64,000 bases of DNA from Clostridiales bacterium (GTDB lineage: Bacteria > Bacillota > Clostridia > Oscillospirales > Butyricicoccaceae). The notes below the pieces were generated by a model that had not been told where the DNA came from, made no database searches, and worked only from the letters and a program-made list of their open reading frames with translations. Location of the stretch: assembly GCA_022775385.1 (NCBI GenBank), contig JALFIV010000100.1:4476-68475 (forward strand), given 5' to 3'. Both the position numbers and the translations under genes were made by a program. Positions 29,670 to 38,681 of the stretch are shown here, one piece after another (positions within the stretch are counted from its first letter, which is position 1; every line of letters begins with the position of its first letter).

Positions 29670-30596
29670 TTATACAATTGCGAGAAAGTACAGCGCGTAC
29701 GCCGCGAGCATCAGCACGCCCGCCTTCCGTCCGAGCTTCCGGTTCTTCGCACAGCACAGGAGCAGCAGGACACCGGCGCCGATGGCGACCAGCATATCAA
29801 ACCGAAACGCCTCGGCAAATGGAATCGGGACGATGAGGGCAGACAGTCCGACGACAAACAGGATATTAAAGATATTGCTGCCGACAATGTTGCCGATCGC
29901 AATATCCGCATTTCCTCTGCGCGCCGCCGTCACGGAGGTAAACAGCTCGGGCAGAGAGGTTCCCAGCGCGACAATCGTCAGACCGATAAACCGGTCGCTC
30001 AGTCCGATAAACTGCGCGATTTTTGTCGCCGCATCCACCGTCACATCGCTGCCCCAGACAATGAGCACAAGGCCGACAGCGGCGCCGAGAAGCGATTTCC
30101 ACAGCGGAGACAGCTTGCTCTCCTCCGGCTCCTGTTCGGGATTCTTCTTCGCCATGACAAACAGATATCCCAGATAGACGGCAAACGCCGCAGTCAGAAC
30201 AATGCCGTCCGCCAGCGAAACCTTCCCGTCCACGCCCAGTCCAAGCAGCAGCGCTGTGATTGCGATCATGAACGGGATCTCCACCCGGACAGTCGAGCGT
30301 GCGACCGCGAGCGGGACAATGACGGATGCCAATCCCAGAATAATCAGGATATTTAGGATATTGCTTCCGACAACATTGCCGATTGTGATACCTGCATTTC
30401 CCTTGAGCGCCGCGGTGATGCTGACTGCCGCCTCCGGCGCACTGGTTCCCATCGCAACAATCGTCAGTCCGATAATCAGCTGCGGAATGCCGAACCGCCG
30501 CGCGATGCCGCTCGTTCCCTCGACAAACCAATCCGCGCCCTTGATCAGCATCCAAAATCCCAGCGCGAGCAGACCAACCTGCAGTACCATACTCAT
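29670..30596 (-). CDS. Calcium/sodium antiporter (CaCA family, YrbG-like)
   Basis: 308 aa with two alpha-repeats (GLTIVAMGTSAPEA and GLTIVALGTSLPEL). Confidence 0.9.
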   Translation of the reverse strand: MSMVLQVGLLALGFWMLIKGADWFVEGTSGIARRFGIPQLIIGLTIVAMGTSAPEAAVSITAALKGNAGITIGNVVGSNILNILIILGLASVIVPLAVARSTVRVEIPFMIAITALLLGLGVDGKVSLADGIVLTAAFAVYLGYLFVMAKKNPEQEPEESKLSPLWKSLLGAAVGLVLIVWGSDVTVDAATKIAQFIGLSDRFIGLTIVALGTSLPELFTSVTAARRGNADIAIGNIVGSNIFNILFVVGLSALIVPIPFAEAFRFDMLVAIGAGVLLLLCCAKNRKLGRKAGVLMLAAYALYFLAIV

Positions 30597-30639
30597 GTGT
30601 ATTCCTCCTTGTCGTCCATGCAGCAGACCTGCTTTTTAA

Positions 30640-30688
30640 CAAAAAAGAAACGAGGCCCTGCTGCAAATTTCTTTGCAGCAAAGTCTCG
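30640..30688 (-). terminator. Intrinsic terminator downstream of phoU
   Basis: Two-tier hairpin CGAGGC..TGCTGCAAA/TTTGCAGCA..GTCTCG, followed by TTTCTTTTTTG on the minus strand. Confidence 0.55.
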
Positions 30689-30817
30689 CTAATTACTTAC
30701 AAGCCGAATTCATGATGAATTGTACTGACGGCAGTGTAAACACACGGTTGTGTGCCAGCTACTCCCCTTGCGTGGATTCATTATAGCATTCCGGTGGGAA
30801 TTCGTCAAGCAGAACCC

Positions 30818-31474
30818 TCAGATGACCTGTGCGTCCTTGTGCGCGCCAGTCAGGAAGAATACCACCCACTCGGCGGTGTTGACCGCATGGTCGCCGATGC
30901 GCTCGAGGTACTTTGCAATCATCAGCAGATCCATAATCTGCTCCGCACTCCCCGTCGCCTGCTTGACCTGACGGATCAGCTCGTCGCGCGTGCGCAGGAA
31001 TGCCCGGTCGACGACGTCGTCATAACCGATGACCTCATGCGCTTTGTCCAGATTTTCCTCGACGAATGCATCGATTGCCCCGCGCACCATTTTGACCGCC
31101 GCAAGCGCCATCTCGCGCAAGCCCTCCGGCATCTGAAAATCGCGGTTCCGGCACAGGAACACCGTGACCTCAGCGATGTCCGCCGCCTGATCGCCGATGC
31201 GCTCCAAGTCCGTGATCATCTTGAGCGCGGTGGATACACTGCGCAGATCGCGTGCAACCGGCTGCTGCTGCAGAAGCAGCCGCAGGCAGCGTCGCTCGAC
31301 CTCCTTTTCCAGCTCGTCGATCTGATGATCGCTTCCCACGACCTTCTGCGCCAGCGTTTCATCCATCGTCTCCAGCGCCTTGACGCTCGAGCTGATGGCG
31401 GTTTCTGCCAGCGACGCCATCTGGATCAGATCCTCGTGCATCGCCTGCAGTTCACTCACAAATTTGCTTCTCAT
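30818..31474 (-). CDS. phoU: Phosphate signalling complex protein PhoU
   Basis: 218 aa starting at MRSKFVSELQAMHEDL after a GGGAGGGG RBS. The duplicated motif DxxxDxxE...ERIGD(Q/H)A is present. Confidence 0.93.
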   Translation of the reverse strand: MRSKFVSELQAMHEDLIQMASLAETAISSSVKALETMDETLAQKVVGSDHQIDELEKEVERRCLRLLLQQQPVARDLRSVSTALKMITDLERIGDQAADIAEVTVFLCRNRDFQMPEGLREMALAAVKMVRGAIDAFVEENLDKAHEVIGYDDVVDRAFLRTRDELIRQVKQATGSAEQIMDLLMIAKYLERIGDHAVNTAEWVVFFLTGAHKDAQVI

Positions 31475-31490
31475 AGTTCCCCTCCCACAG

Positions 31491-32246
31491 TTATCCGAAG
31501 CGGCCGGTGATGTAGTCCTCCGTCCGCTTGTCCTGCGGCTTGGAGAACAGCGTCTCGGTCTCGCTGTACTCGACGACCTCGCCGAGCAGGAAAAATGCCG
31601 TGCGGTCAGAGACACGGGCGGCCTGCTGCATGTTGTGCGTCACCATAATGATCGTGTAATCCTTCTTGAGATCTTCGACCAGTTCCTCCACCTTGTTCGT
31701 CGAAATCGGATCCAACGCGGAGGTCGGCTCGTCCATCAGCAGGACCTCCGGCTCGACCGCAAGCGCCCGTGCAATGCACAGTCTCTGCTGCTGTCCGCCG
31801 GACATACCCAGCGCGCTCTTGTCCAGACGATCCTTGACCTCATCCCAGATCGCGGCACCGCGCAGACTGCGCTCGACGATCTCATCCAGCTTGCGTCTGT
31901 TCCGGATGCCGTGCGTGCGCGGTCCATATGCGATGTTGTCATAGATGCTCATCGGGAACGGGTTCGGTTTCTGGAACACCATGCCGACGCGGCGGCGAAG
32001 CAGGTTGACATCCATGTCTCCGTAGATGTCCTCACCGTCCAGTGTGACCAGACCGTCGATGGAACAGCCCTCCACGAGGTCGTTCATGCGGTTGAGTGAC
32101 TTGAGCAGGGTGGACTTGCCGCATCCGGACGGTCCGATAAACGCGGTCACCTGATGTTCGGGAATTTCTATATTGATCTGTTTCAGAGCCTGAAAACTGC
32201 CGTAGTGCAGATCCAGATCCTTGACTGCCATTTTGCTTTGCATCAA
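31491..32246 (-). CDS. pstB: Phosphate ABC transporter ATP-binding protein
   Basis: Contains Walker A (GPSGCGKST), the signature LSGGQQQRL-like [13 protein letters not shown], and Walker B ([11 protein letters not shown]). Confidence 0.96.
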   Translation of the reverse strand: MMQSKMAVKDLDLHYGSFQALKQINIEIPEHQVTAFIGPSGCGKSTLLKSLNRMNDLVEGCSIDGLVTLDGEDIYGDMDVNLLRRRVGMVFQKPNPFPMSIYDNIAYGPRTHGIRNRRKLDEIVERSLRGAAIWDEVKDRLDKSALGMSGGQQQRLCIARALAVEPEVLLMDEPTSALDPISTNKVEELVEDLKKDYTIIMVTHNMQQAARVSDRTAFFLLGEVVEYSETETLFSKPQDKRTEDYITGRFG

Positions 32247-32264
32247 TCTATTCTCTCCTTCTGT

Positions 32265-33170
32265 TTACGATTTGGTCAGCTTCCGCGCGATGACCGCCGA
32301 AAGTGTATTCATAGCCAGTACGATCAGCAGCAGAACGACTGCGGTCGCATAGGCCTGATCCGTGTGCAGTCCCTCGCTCGACAAGCAGTACATATGCACC
32401 GCCAGCGTCCGTCCGGAGGACAGCAGTCCGCTTGCCGCATCGGTCGCGGTTCCCGCGGTGTACATCAGTGCCGCAGTCTCACCGACAACGCGTCCGACCG
32501 CCAGAATAATGCCTGCCAGAATGCCCGGCATCGCACTCGGAAGTACAATACAGAAAGTGGTGCGCAGTTTTCCGGCTCCCAGACCGAAGCTTGCCTCACG
32601 AAAGAGATCCGGCACCGCGATCAGTGCCTCCTCCGTACTGCGCATAATCAGCGGGAGGATCATGATAGACAGGGTCAGTGCGCCGGCCGCAAGAGACAGT
32701 CCCCATCCGAGCTGCGTGACAAAGAACAGCAGACCGAACAGACCGTAGACAATGGACGGAATGCCCGACAGGGTCTCCGTGGTCAGGCGGATCAGCTCGA
32801 CAATCTTATTGCCGCGCTTGGCATACTCTACCAGATAGACCGCTGTGAACACACTGATCGGAATCGCAATCAGCAGGGAGAGTCCGGTCATCTTGAGGGT
32901 GGTCACGATCGCCGGCATCATGGAACAGTTGTCCGATGTGTATTCCAGCGAGAACAGATCGGGCGTCAGATACGGAATACCGCGCACCAGAATATAGCCG
33001 ATCAGAAAAATCAGAATGAAAAAGGTAAAACCGGCCGCCGCATACACCGCGCCGCGCAGGGCAAGCGCCTGCGCTCTTCCGCCGGATTTTCCTCCCGGGG
33101 TCCGGCTTTCCTCGCGTCCGCGGGTGCGGATGCCTCGGTTTGGATAGACCGCCGCTGTCGGTTCGCTCAT
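32265..33170 (-). CDS. pstA: Phosphate ABC transporter permease PstA
   Basis: Polytopic permease with an EAA-like loop (EASFGLGAGKLRTTFCIVLP). It overlaps the pstC stop codon. Confidence 0.93.
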   Translation of the reverse strand: MSEPTAAVYPNRGIRTRGREESRTPGGKSGGRAQALALRGAVYAAAGFTFFILIFLIGYILVRGIPYLTPDLFSLEYTSDNCSMMPAIVTTLKMTGLSLLIAIPISVFTAVYLVEYAKRGNKIVELIRLTTETLSGIPSIVYGLFGLLFFVTQLGWGLSLAAGALTLSIMILPLIMRSTEEALIAVPDLFREASFGLGAGKLRTTFCIVLPSAMPGILAGIILAVGRVVGETAALMYTAGTATDAASGLLSSGRTLAVHMYCLSSEGLHTDQAYATAVVLLLIVLAMNTLSAVIARKLTKS

Positions 33171-34033
33171 ACGCGCTCTCCTTTCTTCTTAATCACAGCA
33201 AAAATCAGATTGATCATCAGAATAAAGATAAACAGAACCACGCCAGTCGCAATCAGCGCTTCTCTGTGGATGCCGGTCGCATAGCCCATCTCCAGAACGA
33301 TGTTCGCCGTCATCGTGCGCACACCCTTCAGCAGACCGCGCGGCAGAACCGCCTGGTTGCCGGCGACCATGATGACCGCCATGGTCTCGCCGATGGCGCG
33401 TCCGATACCCAGTACAATTGCCGCCAGAATGCCCGACTTTGCCGCCGGAAGCACGGCGAAGAATACCGAGCGCTCATGCGTTGCGCCGAGAGCGAGAGAT
33501 CCTTCATAATAGCTCTCCGGCACGGCGCGGATGGCGGATTCGCTCAGGTTGATGACCGTCGGAAGGATCATGATGCCGAGCAGGACCGCCGCGGCGAGCA
33601 GGCTGACGCCGGTGCATCCCGGGATGTTCCGCAGCAGCGGGACCAGCACAACCATGCCGAAAAAGCCATAGATGATGGACGGAATACCCGCCATCAGCTG
33701 AACCATCGGTTCCAACAGGCCGTGCAGGGGCTTAGGACAGAACCGCGCGAGAAATGCCGCGGTCAGGATACCGATCGGAACGCCGATCACAATTGCGCCG
33801 AGCGTGACGCAGATACTGCCGACGATCATCGGCAGGATGCCGAAGGATGCCGGTTCATTTTTCGGCGCCCATGTGGTTCCGAACAGGAAATCAAACACAC
33901 CGATCTCCTTCATTGCCGGGATGCCGTTCGCAAACAAAAAGTAGCAGATGAGCAGCACCGCGACAATGGAAACACAGGCACACAGGAAAAACAGTCCCGC
34001 GACACCTTTTTCCAACGCTTGTCTTTTCTTCAT
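33167..34033 (-). CDS. pstC: Phosphate ABC transporter permease PstC
   Basis: 288-aa permease with the EGSLALGATHERSVFFAVLPAA loop. Confidence 0.93.
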   Translation of the reverse strand: MKKRQALEKGVAGLFFLCACVSIVAVLLICYFLFANGIPAMKEIGVFDFLFGTTWAPKNEPASFGILPMIVGSICVTLGAIVIGVPIGILTAAFLARFCPKPLHGLLEPMVQLMAGIPSIIYGFFGMVVLVPLLRNIPGCTGVSLLAAAVLLGIMILPTVINLSESAIRAVPESYYEGSLALGATHERSVFFAVLPAAKSGILAAIVLGIGRAIGETMAVIMVAGNQAVLPRGLLKGVRTMTANIVLEMGYATGIHREALIATGVVLFIFILMINLIFAVIKKKGERV

Positions 34034-34129
34034 TGCACGCCTCTTTCTCAGTGTAAGGGTTCTCCCTCCGCCGGTCTGTGCCGTGGGAGGGAGTTAAGGA
34101 TAGAAATTTGAGGAGACTTTTGTCTCGGA

Positions 34130-35038
34130 TTATTCCGCAACGTCAGCCCAGTCGGTGATCTCGCCGGTGAAGATCTGGCGCACCTGCTCGGTGGTCAGGT
34201 TTTCGACTGCGTTCTCCGGATTGACGATAACCGCGATGCCATCCAGTGCGATCTGCATAGAATCCAGATCAGCCGACTCTTCGTCGCTCAGCTCACGGGA
34301 GGCCATACCGATGTCGCAGACACCCTCCGCCGTGCTGTTGATGCCGGTGGTGGAATCCGAGGTCTCGATGGTGATCTTGGCATCCGGATTGACTGCCTCA
34401 TACGCTTCCTTGAGCTTCTCCATAACCGGAGATACCGAGCTGGAACCTGCTACCGTGATCTCACCCTTGGAGCCGTCGGATTCAAATGCCTCCGCGTTCG
34501 AATCGATCTGAATATAGCCCGCGTCCTGTACGACCTGCTGGCCATCCTTGGACAGGATGAACTTGATGAAGTCTGCCGCAACACCCTCTGCATCGCCCTT
34601 GAGTACGATGTTGAACGGACGGGACAGGCTGTAATCACCACTCAGGACATTGTCCGTGGTGGCATCCACACCGTCAACCGGAACCGCCTTGACCGAATCA
34701 TTCAGCGAGCCCATCGAGGAGTATCCGATCGCATTCGCATCACTCGATACGTTCTGCATCATGACCTCGGTCTGGTTTGCGATGATGGCATCCGGCGTGG
34801 TCTTGTCAACCTTGTTTCCGTTTTCTTCGACCTGTACACCGGTCAGCTCGACGAATGCGCCGCGGGTGCCGGAGCCGTCCTCACGCGAAACAACGCTGAT
34901 GGTGCCGGACGGCGCGGACGGTGCGGATGCGTCAGCCGAATCCGTCTTGGTATTTCCCATGCACCCTGCGAGCATACTGGTCATCAGTACGCCGGCGAGC
35001 AGAGTGCCGATCATTCTCTTGTTCATTGTGTCTTTCAT
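34130..35038 (-). CDS. pstS: Phosphate-binding lipoprotein PstS
   Basis: Contains a lipobox (MLAGC) and a PBP-fold phosphate-binding sequence (VSREDGSGTRGAF, GSSSVSP). Confidence 0.9.
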   Translation of the reverse strand: MKDTMNKRMIGTLLAGVLMTSMLAGCMGNTKTDSADASAPSAPSGTISVVSREDGSGTRGAFVELTGVQVEENGNKVDKTTPDAIIANQTEVMMQNVSSDANAIGYSSMGSLNDSVKAVPVDGVDATTDNVLSGDYSLSRPFNIVLKGDAEGVAADFIKFILSKDGQQVVQDAGYIQIDSNAEAFESDGSKGEITVAGSSSVSPVMEKLKEAYEAVNPDAKITIETSDSTTGINSTAEGVCDIGMASRELSDEESADLDSMQIALDGIAVIVNPENAVENLTTEQVRQIFTGEITDWADVAE

Positions 35039-35092
35039 AACTGGAATCCTTTCTGATTGTGTTTCGTTTGATTTGTTTTGTTAACGAGGTCT

Positions 35093-35190
35093 ATTATAGA
35101 ATCCGCCTGTAAACTTCTCTTGCACAGCACGGTAAAATCCATGTAATCCTCTGTAAAATTCCAGTCATTTGTTTTTGTTTTTGTAAAGTC
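35093..35190 (-). promoter_or_regulatory. pst promoter: TATAAT -10 with an upstream array of TT(T/A)AC(A/C) direct repeats (Pho-box-like)
   Basis: The minus strand reads TTTACAGAGGATTACATGGATTTTACC, with repeats at 10-11-nt spacing. Two more TTTACA copies occur, and TATAAT lies at 35093-35098. Confidence 0.45.
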
Positions 35191-35220
35191 AAAAACCACC
35201 GGCAAACCCGGTGGTTTTAT
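35190..35220 (-). terminator. Intrinsic (bidirectional-looking) terminator upstream of the pst promoter
   Basis: Stem CCACCGG/CCGGTGG, flanked by an A5 run and a T4 run. Confidence 0.6.
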
Positions 35221-35261
35221 TCGATTCTGTCTGTCCTTTGTCCGTTCCGGCAGATATCGTT

Positions 35262-35414
35262 TCATTTCTTTCGGAGGTATCTTGCGCACAGTCTGTGATG
35301 ATACCAAATCATGATACCGACCGGCGTCCGGCTGCGCCGCTGTATCACGCCGATGCTGATCATTACCAGCGCAACCGCCGCAAAGATTCCCAAACCGAAT
35401 ATCGTTTTCGCCAT
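35262..35414 (-). CDS. Candidate 50-aa small membrane protein (below the ORF-track length cut-off)
   Basis: GGAGGGATAACG precedes the ATG at 35414, which lies 3 nt after the upstream gene's stop codon. The product is MAKTIFGLGIFAAVALVMISIGVIQRRSRTPVGIMIWYHHRLCARYLRKK: one TM segment plus a basic tail. Confidence 0.35.
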   Translation of the reverse strand: MAKTIFGLGIFAAVALVMISIGVIQRRSRTPVGIMIWYHHRLCARYLRKK

Positions 35415-35416
35415 CG

Positions 35417-35923
35417 TTATCCCTCCTTATGTCTTGTTCCCAGAACAACCGCATCCTGAATCGCAGCTGCGGTCGCCGATGCCGCCGCAATGGAGGCCGG
35501 CACAATCACCGGTACCGTCCGCATCACAAGCGGAATCAAAAAGATCAGAAATCCCGTAATTTTGTTCAGGATGGTGTGCGGAACCGGCTGTGGTTTTCCT
35601 CGCACGGCACACCACAGAAGAGGAACCGCTTTTCCCACCGTAATCAGGGAAATCCAGACCCACATCCAGACCGGAAACCGGATTTCCGGTGCCAGCCGGA
35701 TCACACAGACCGCCAGAAACAGCGCATCCGCCGCACTGTCCAGCCGCTCCCCTATCCTGCTCTCGCTGTGCGTCCTGCGCGCGATCGTCCCGTCCACCAT
35801 GTCCGAAACCCCGCACCAGAGATAGAGCGCATAAAACGCGCCGGTAAGCGGCGTCGCAAACAAAAGCAGTAATGCAGCCGCAATTCTGCTCCCCGTGATG
35901 AGATTGGCTGTCTGTCGGATCAT
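35417..35923 (-). CDS. CDP-alcohol phosphatidyltransferase family protein
   Basis: Contains the motif DMVDGTIARRTHSESRIGERLDSAADA (D-G-x2-A-R...G-x3-D-x3-D). I chose the start at MIRQTANLIT (35923). Confidence 0.85.
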   Translation of the reverse strand: MIRQTANLITGSRIAAALLLLFATPLTGAFYALYLWCGVSDMVDGTIARRTHSESRIGERLDSAADALFLAVCVIRLAPEIRFPVWMWVWISLITVGKAVPLLWCAVRGKPQPVPHTILNKITGFLIFLIPLVMRTVPVIVPASIAAASATAAAIQDAVVLGTRHKEG

Positions 35924-36023
35924 CCGGTTCACCGTCCTCTCTGTTGGTACCATTATAGCACACAGAGAAACAGAAAAACACTGCCGTGAATTTCTCCACA
36001 GCAGTGTTGTTTCCATATATTCT

Positions 36024-36388
36024 TTAGAATTCATACAGCGGATTTCCGGAAAAATCAGCGATCACGCCGTGCGGATTTTTCAGGTAGAACACCTCGAAAA
36101 TCGGATTGTCCGCAGTCTGATACTGGCTCTTGACAATCGGATTGTTCATACAATCTTCCTTGACCGCCCTGTTGTTTTCAAAGACCGCCGTGCCGGACAG
36201 ACGGATCCATGCGTACTGCGGCGAAGCCACCGAAATCTGAATCTCCGGATTGGCCTGCATATCCCGATAGACATCCTTGGTGTGGTTGGTGCAGAACCAA
36301 AGCTTTCCATTTGAAAGGTGTCCATACAGGCGAGCATATGAATCGCCAGAGTAAATCGGCTGGAAATCTGCATGATCTCATCCCTCAC
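36024..36388 (-). pseudogene. Pyridoxamine 5'-phosphate oxidase-like FMN-binding protein; the N-terminal part appears frame-disrupted (the intact ORF is only 36024..36260)
   Basis: The C-terminal 78 aa match the PNPOx-like fold pattern. In the same frame upstream, ..GKLWFCTNHTKDVYRD continues without a start codon back to a TGA. A plausible N-terminus, MRDEIMQISSRFTLA, lies in another frame. Confidence 0.4.
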
Positions 36389-36463
36389 TTTCTCTCTGCA
36401 ATGTATCGTGTGACCGTTGTATTGTCAAGGGTTACAATCCCTCCCTTGGACGGTTTTTCCGGC

Positions 36464-36500
36464 CAAAAAAATGTCCCCGATTCACACGGAATCAGGGACA
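36464..36500 (-). terminator. Intrinsic terminator of lysS
   Basis: 11-bp stem GTCCCTGATTC/GAATCGGGGAC (one G-U pair), followed by a T7 run on the minus strand. Confidence 0.7.
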
Positions 36501-36512
36501 GATTCTTTTGGT

Positions 36513-38015
36513 TTAGTCCATCGGCTTCATTGTCGGGAACAGCAGGACGTCGCGGATGGACGAGCTGTTGGTCAGGAACATGACCAGACGGTCGATGCCC
36601 ATACCCATGCCGCCCGTGGGCGGAAGACCGTATTCCATCGCGTTGAGGTAATCGAGGTCCATCATGTTCGCCTCGTCGTCACCGGCGTTGCGCAGTTCCA
36701 CCTGACGCTCAAAGCGCTGACGCTGATCGACCGGATCGTTCAGCTCGGAGAATGCGTTGCACAGCTCACGGCCGTAGACAAAGCACTCAAAGCGCTCGGT
36801 CAGACGCGGATCGCTCGGCTTGCGCTTTGCCAGCGGTGAGATCTCAACCGGGTAGTCCATGATGAAGGTCGGCTGAATCAGGTTCTCCTCGACGGTCTCG
36901 TCATAGACCATCGCCATCAGATCGCCCCAGCTCTCCTTGCCCTTTTCGACCTCGAATCCGGCAGCCTTCACTGCCTCGAGCGCCTGCTCCGGATCCATCG
37001 CCATGAAGTCCAGACCGGAATACTCCTTGACGGCCTCCGCCATCGTCATGCGGCGCCAGCCCTTGGTGAAGTCCAGCTCGGTTCCCTCATAGACCACCTT
37101 GGTGGTGCCGAGAACCTTCTCGCAACAGTGGATGACCATGTCCTCGGTGATATCCATCATACCGTTGTAGTCGGTGTATGCCTGATACAGCTCGATGGTG
37201 GTGAACTCCGGATTGTGACGGGTGTCCATGCCCTCGTTGCGGAAGAGACGGCCGATCTCGTAGACCTTCTCCAGACCGCCGACAATCAGACGCTTCAGAT
37301 GCAGCTCGGTTGCGATGCGCATATACATATCGATGTCCAGCGCGTTGTGATGGGTGATGAACGGACGCGCCGCCGCACCGCCCGGGATGGTGTTGAGGCA
37401 CGGGGTCTCAACCTCCATAAATCCACGGCTGTCCATAAAGTTGCGGATCTCGCGCAGGATCTTGGAGCGGTTCTCAAAGGTCTTGCGAACCTCCGGATTG
37501 ACAATCAGATCGACATAGCGCTGACGATAGCGGATATCGGTATTGGTCAGGCCGTGCCACTTCTCCGGCAGCGGACGGAGCGACTTGGACAGCAGGGTCA
37601 ACTCGCTGACACGGACGGAAATCTCGCCCTTCTGCGTGCGGAATACCTCGCCCTCGATGCCGATGATATCGCCGATATCCATCTTCTTGTACGCCTTGTA
37701 CTCCTCATCGCCCAGTACATCGCGGCGGACTACCAGCTGGATGCGTCCGTAGCGGTCCATCATATCCGAGAACGACATCTTGCCCATGATGCGCTTGCTC
37801 ATCATACGACCTGCGAGACGGACAATTTTGCCCTCCATCTCGTCGTAGTTTCCAGTAATGTCGGTGGTGTAGTTCGTGCGGTCAAATTTCACCTGAACGA
37901 ACGGATCCATGCCGGCCTCACGCAGTCCCTCCAGCTTCTGGCTGCGGACCGCATATTCCTCGGATTCCGAACGAACCGGCTTCTGATTCTTCGGCTGCTG
38001 ATTCTGCTCTGCCAT
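36513..38015 (-). CDS. lysS: Lysine--tRNA ligase (class II)
   Basis: 500 aa with an OB-fold N-domain ([21 protein letters not shown]) and class II motifs ([15 protein letters not shown]). Confidence 0.97.
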   Translation of the reverse strand: MAEQNQQPKNQKPVRSESEEYAVRSQKLEGLREAGMDPFVQVKFDRTNYTTDITGNYDEMEGKIVRLAGRMMSKRIMGKMSFSDMMDRYGRIQLVVRRDVLGDEEYKAYKKMDIGDIIGIEGEVFRTQKGEISVRVSELTLLSKSLRPLPEKWHGLTNTDIRYRQRYVDLIVNPEVRKTFENRSKILREIRNFMDSRGFMEVETPCLNTIPGGAAARPFITHHNALDIDMYMRIATELHLKRLIVGGLEKVYEIGRLFRNEGMDTRHNPEFTTIELYQAYTDYNGMMDITEDMVIHCCEKVLGTTKVVYEGTELDFTKGWRRMTMAEAVKEYSGLDFMAMDPEQALEAVKAAGFEVEKGKESWGDLMAMVYDETVEENLIQPTFIMDYPVEISPLAKRKPSDPRLTERFECFVYGRELCNAFSELNDPVDQRQRFERQVELRNAGDDEANMMDLDYLNAMEYGLPPTGGMGMGIDRLVMFLTNSSSIRDVLLFPTMKPMD

Positions 38016-38103
38016 CTTTTTTCATTCCTCCTGTATACAGGACAAAAGGACTGTCGGCGTCTCGATACGAAACGGGGACAGTCTTTTTATCATACGATCG
38101 TTG

Positions 38104-38580
38104 TTACTTGATAATGTCGGTGATCTTGAACTTAACGACATTGCCGTTCGGTGCGGCAACTTCGACGACCTCGCCGATCTTATGTCCCAGAACGGCCTTG
38201 CCGAACGGAGATTCGTCCGAAATCTTGCCGTCGAGCGGGTCAGCCTCCTGCGAGCCGACAAAGTGATACTCCTCTTCCTCATCGAACTCGAGGTCGATGA
38301 CCTTGAAGCGGCAGCCCGGAGAAACCTCGTCTCTGGCATACATATCCTCGCTGATGACAACAGCATGAGAGATGATGGTCTCCAGCTCGGCGATACGGGA
38401 TGCTACACGTCCCTGCTCGTTCTTTGCCTCATCGTACTCCGCGTTCTCGGACAGGTCGCCGAACGAACGCGCTTCCTTGATCTGCTCTGCGACCTCCTGC
38501 ATACGGACGGTCTTCAAATATTCCAGTTCCTGCTTCAGTTTATCCAGATTGTCCTGGGTCAGTTTAAACTCCTGCTTCAT
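38104..38580 (-). CDS. greA: Transcription elongation factor GreA
   Basis: Contains SFGDLSENAEYDEAK in the coiled-coil domain and a C-terminal FKBP-like domain. The ATG is at 38580. Confidence 0.95.
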   Translation of the reverse strand: MKQEFKLTQDNLDKLKQELEYLKTVRMQEVAEQIKEARSFGDLSENAEYDEAKNEQGRVASRIAELETIISHAVVISEDMYARDEVSPGCRFKVIDLEFDEEEEYHFVGSQEADPLDGKISDESPFGKAVLGHKIGEVVEVAAPNGNVVKFKITDIIK

Positions 38581-38681
38581 GAGTGATGTTCCTCTCAACT
38601 AAAAATATCAAATTTGTTGTTACATATAGACCATTATATAAACCCGTTTGAGGGATGTCAAGCGCACTTTTTACTGAAAAA

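Noticed and set aside
35035-35505. A 156-aa minus-strand ORF spanning the pst promoter region.
   Set aside because: It runs across a terminator, the Pho-box/-10 region and the 3' end of the CDP-alcohol transferase gene in another frame. It has no RBS and a basic, low-complexity translation.
36425-36462. A plus-strand hairpin plus T5 run (GTCAAGGG...CCCTTGGAC GGTTTTT) that could be a terminator.
   Set aside because: No plus-strand transcription unit lies upstream. The stem is short and bulged. It most likely just belongs to the lysS/PNPOx-like intergenic structure.
38016-38103. A possible T-box or L-box style riboswitch upstream of lysS.
   Set aside because: Only 88 nt are available. They contain a single terminator-like hairpin after greA and the lysS RBS, which is too short for either riboswitch class.
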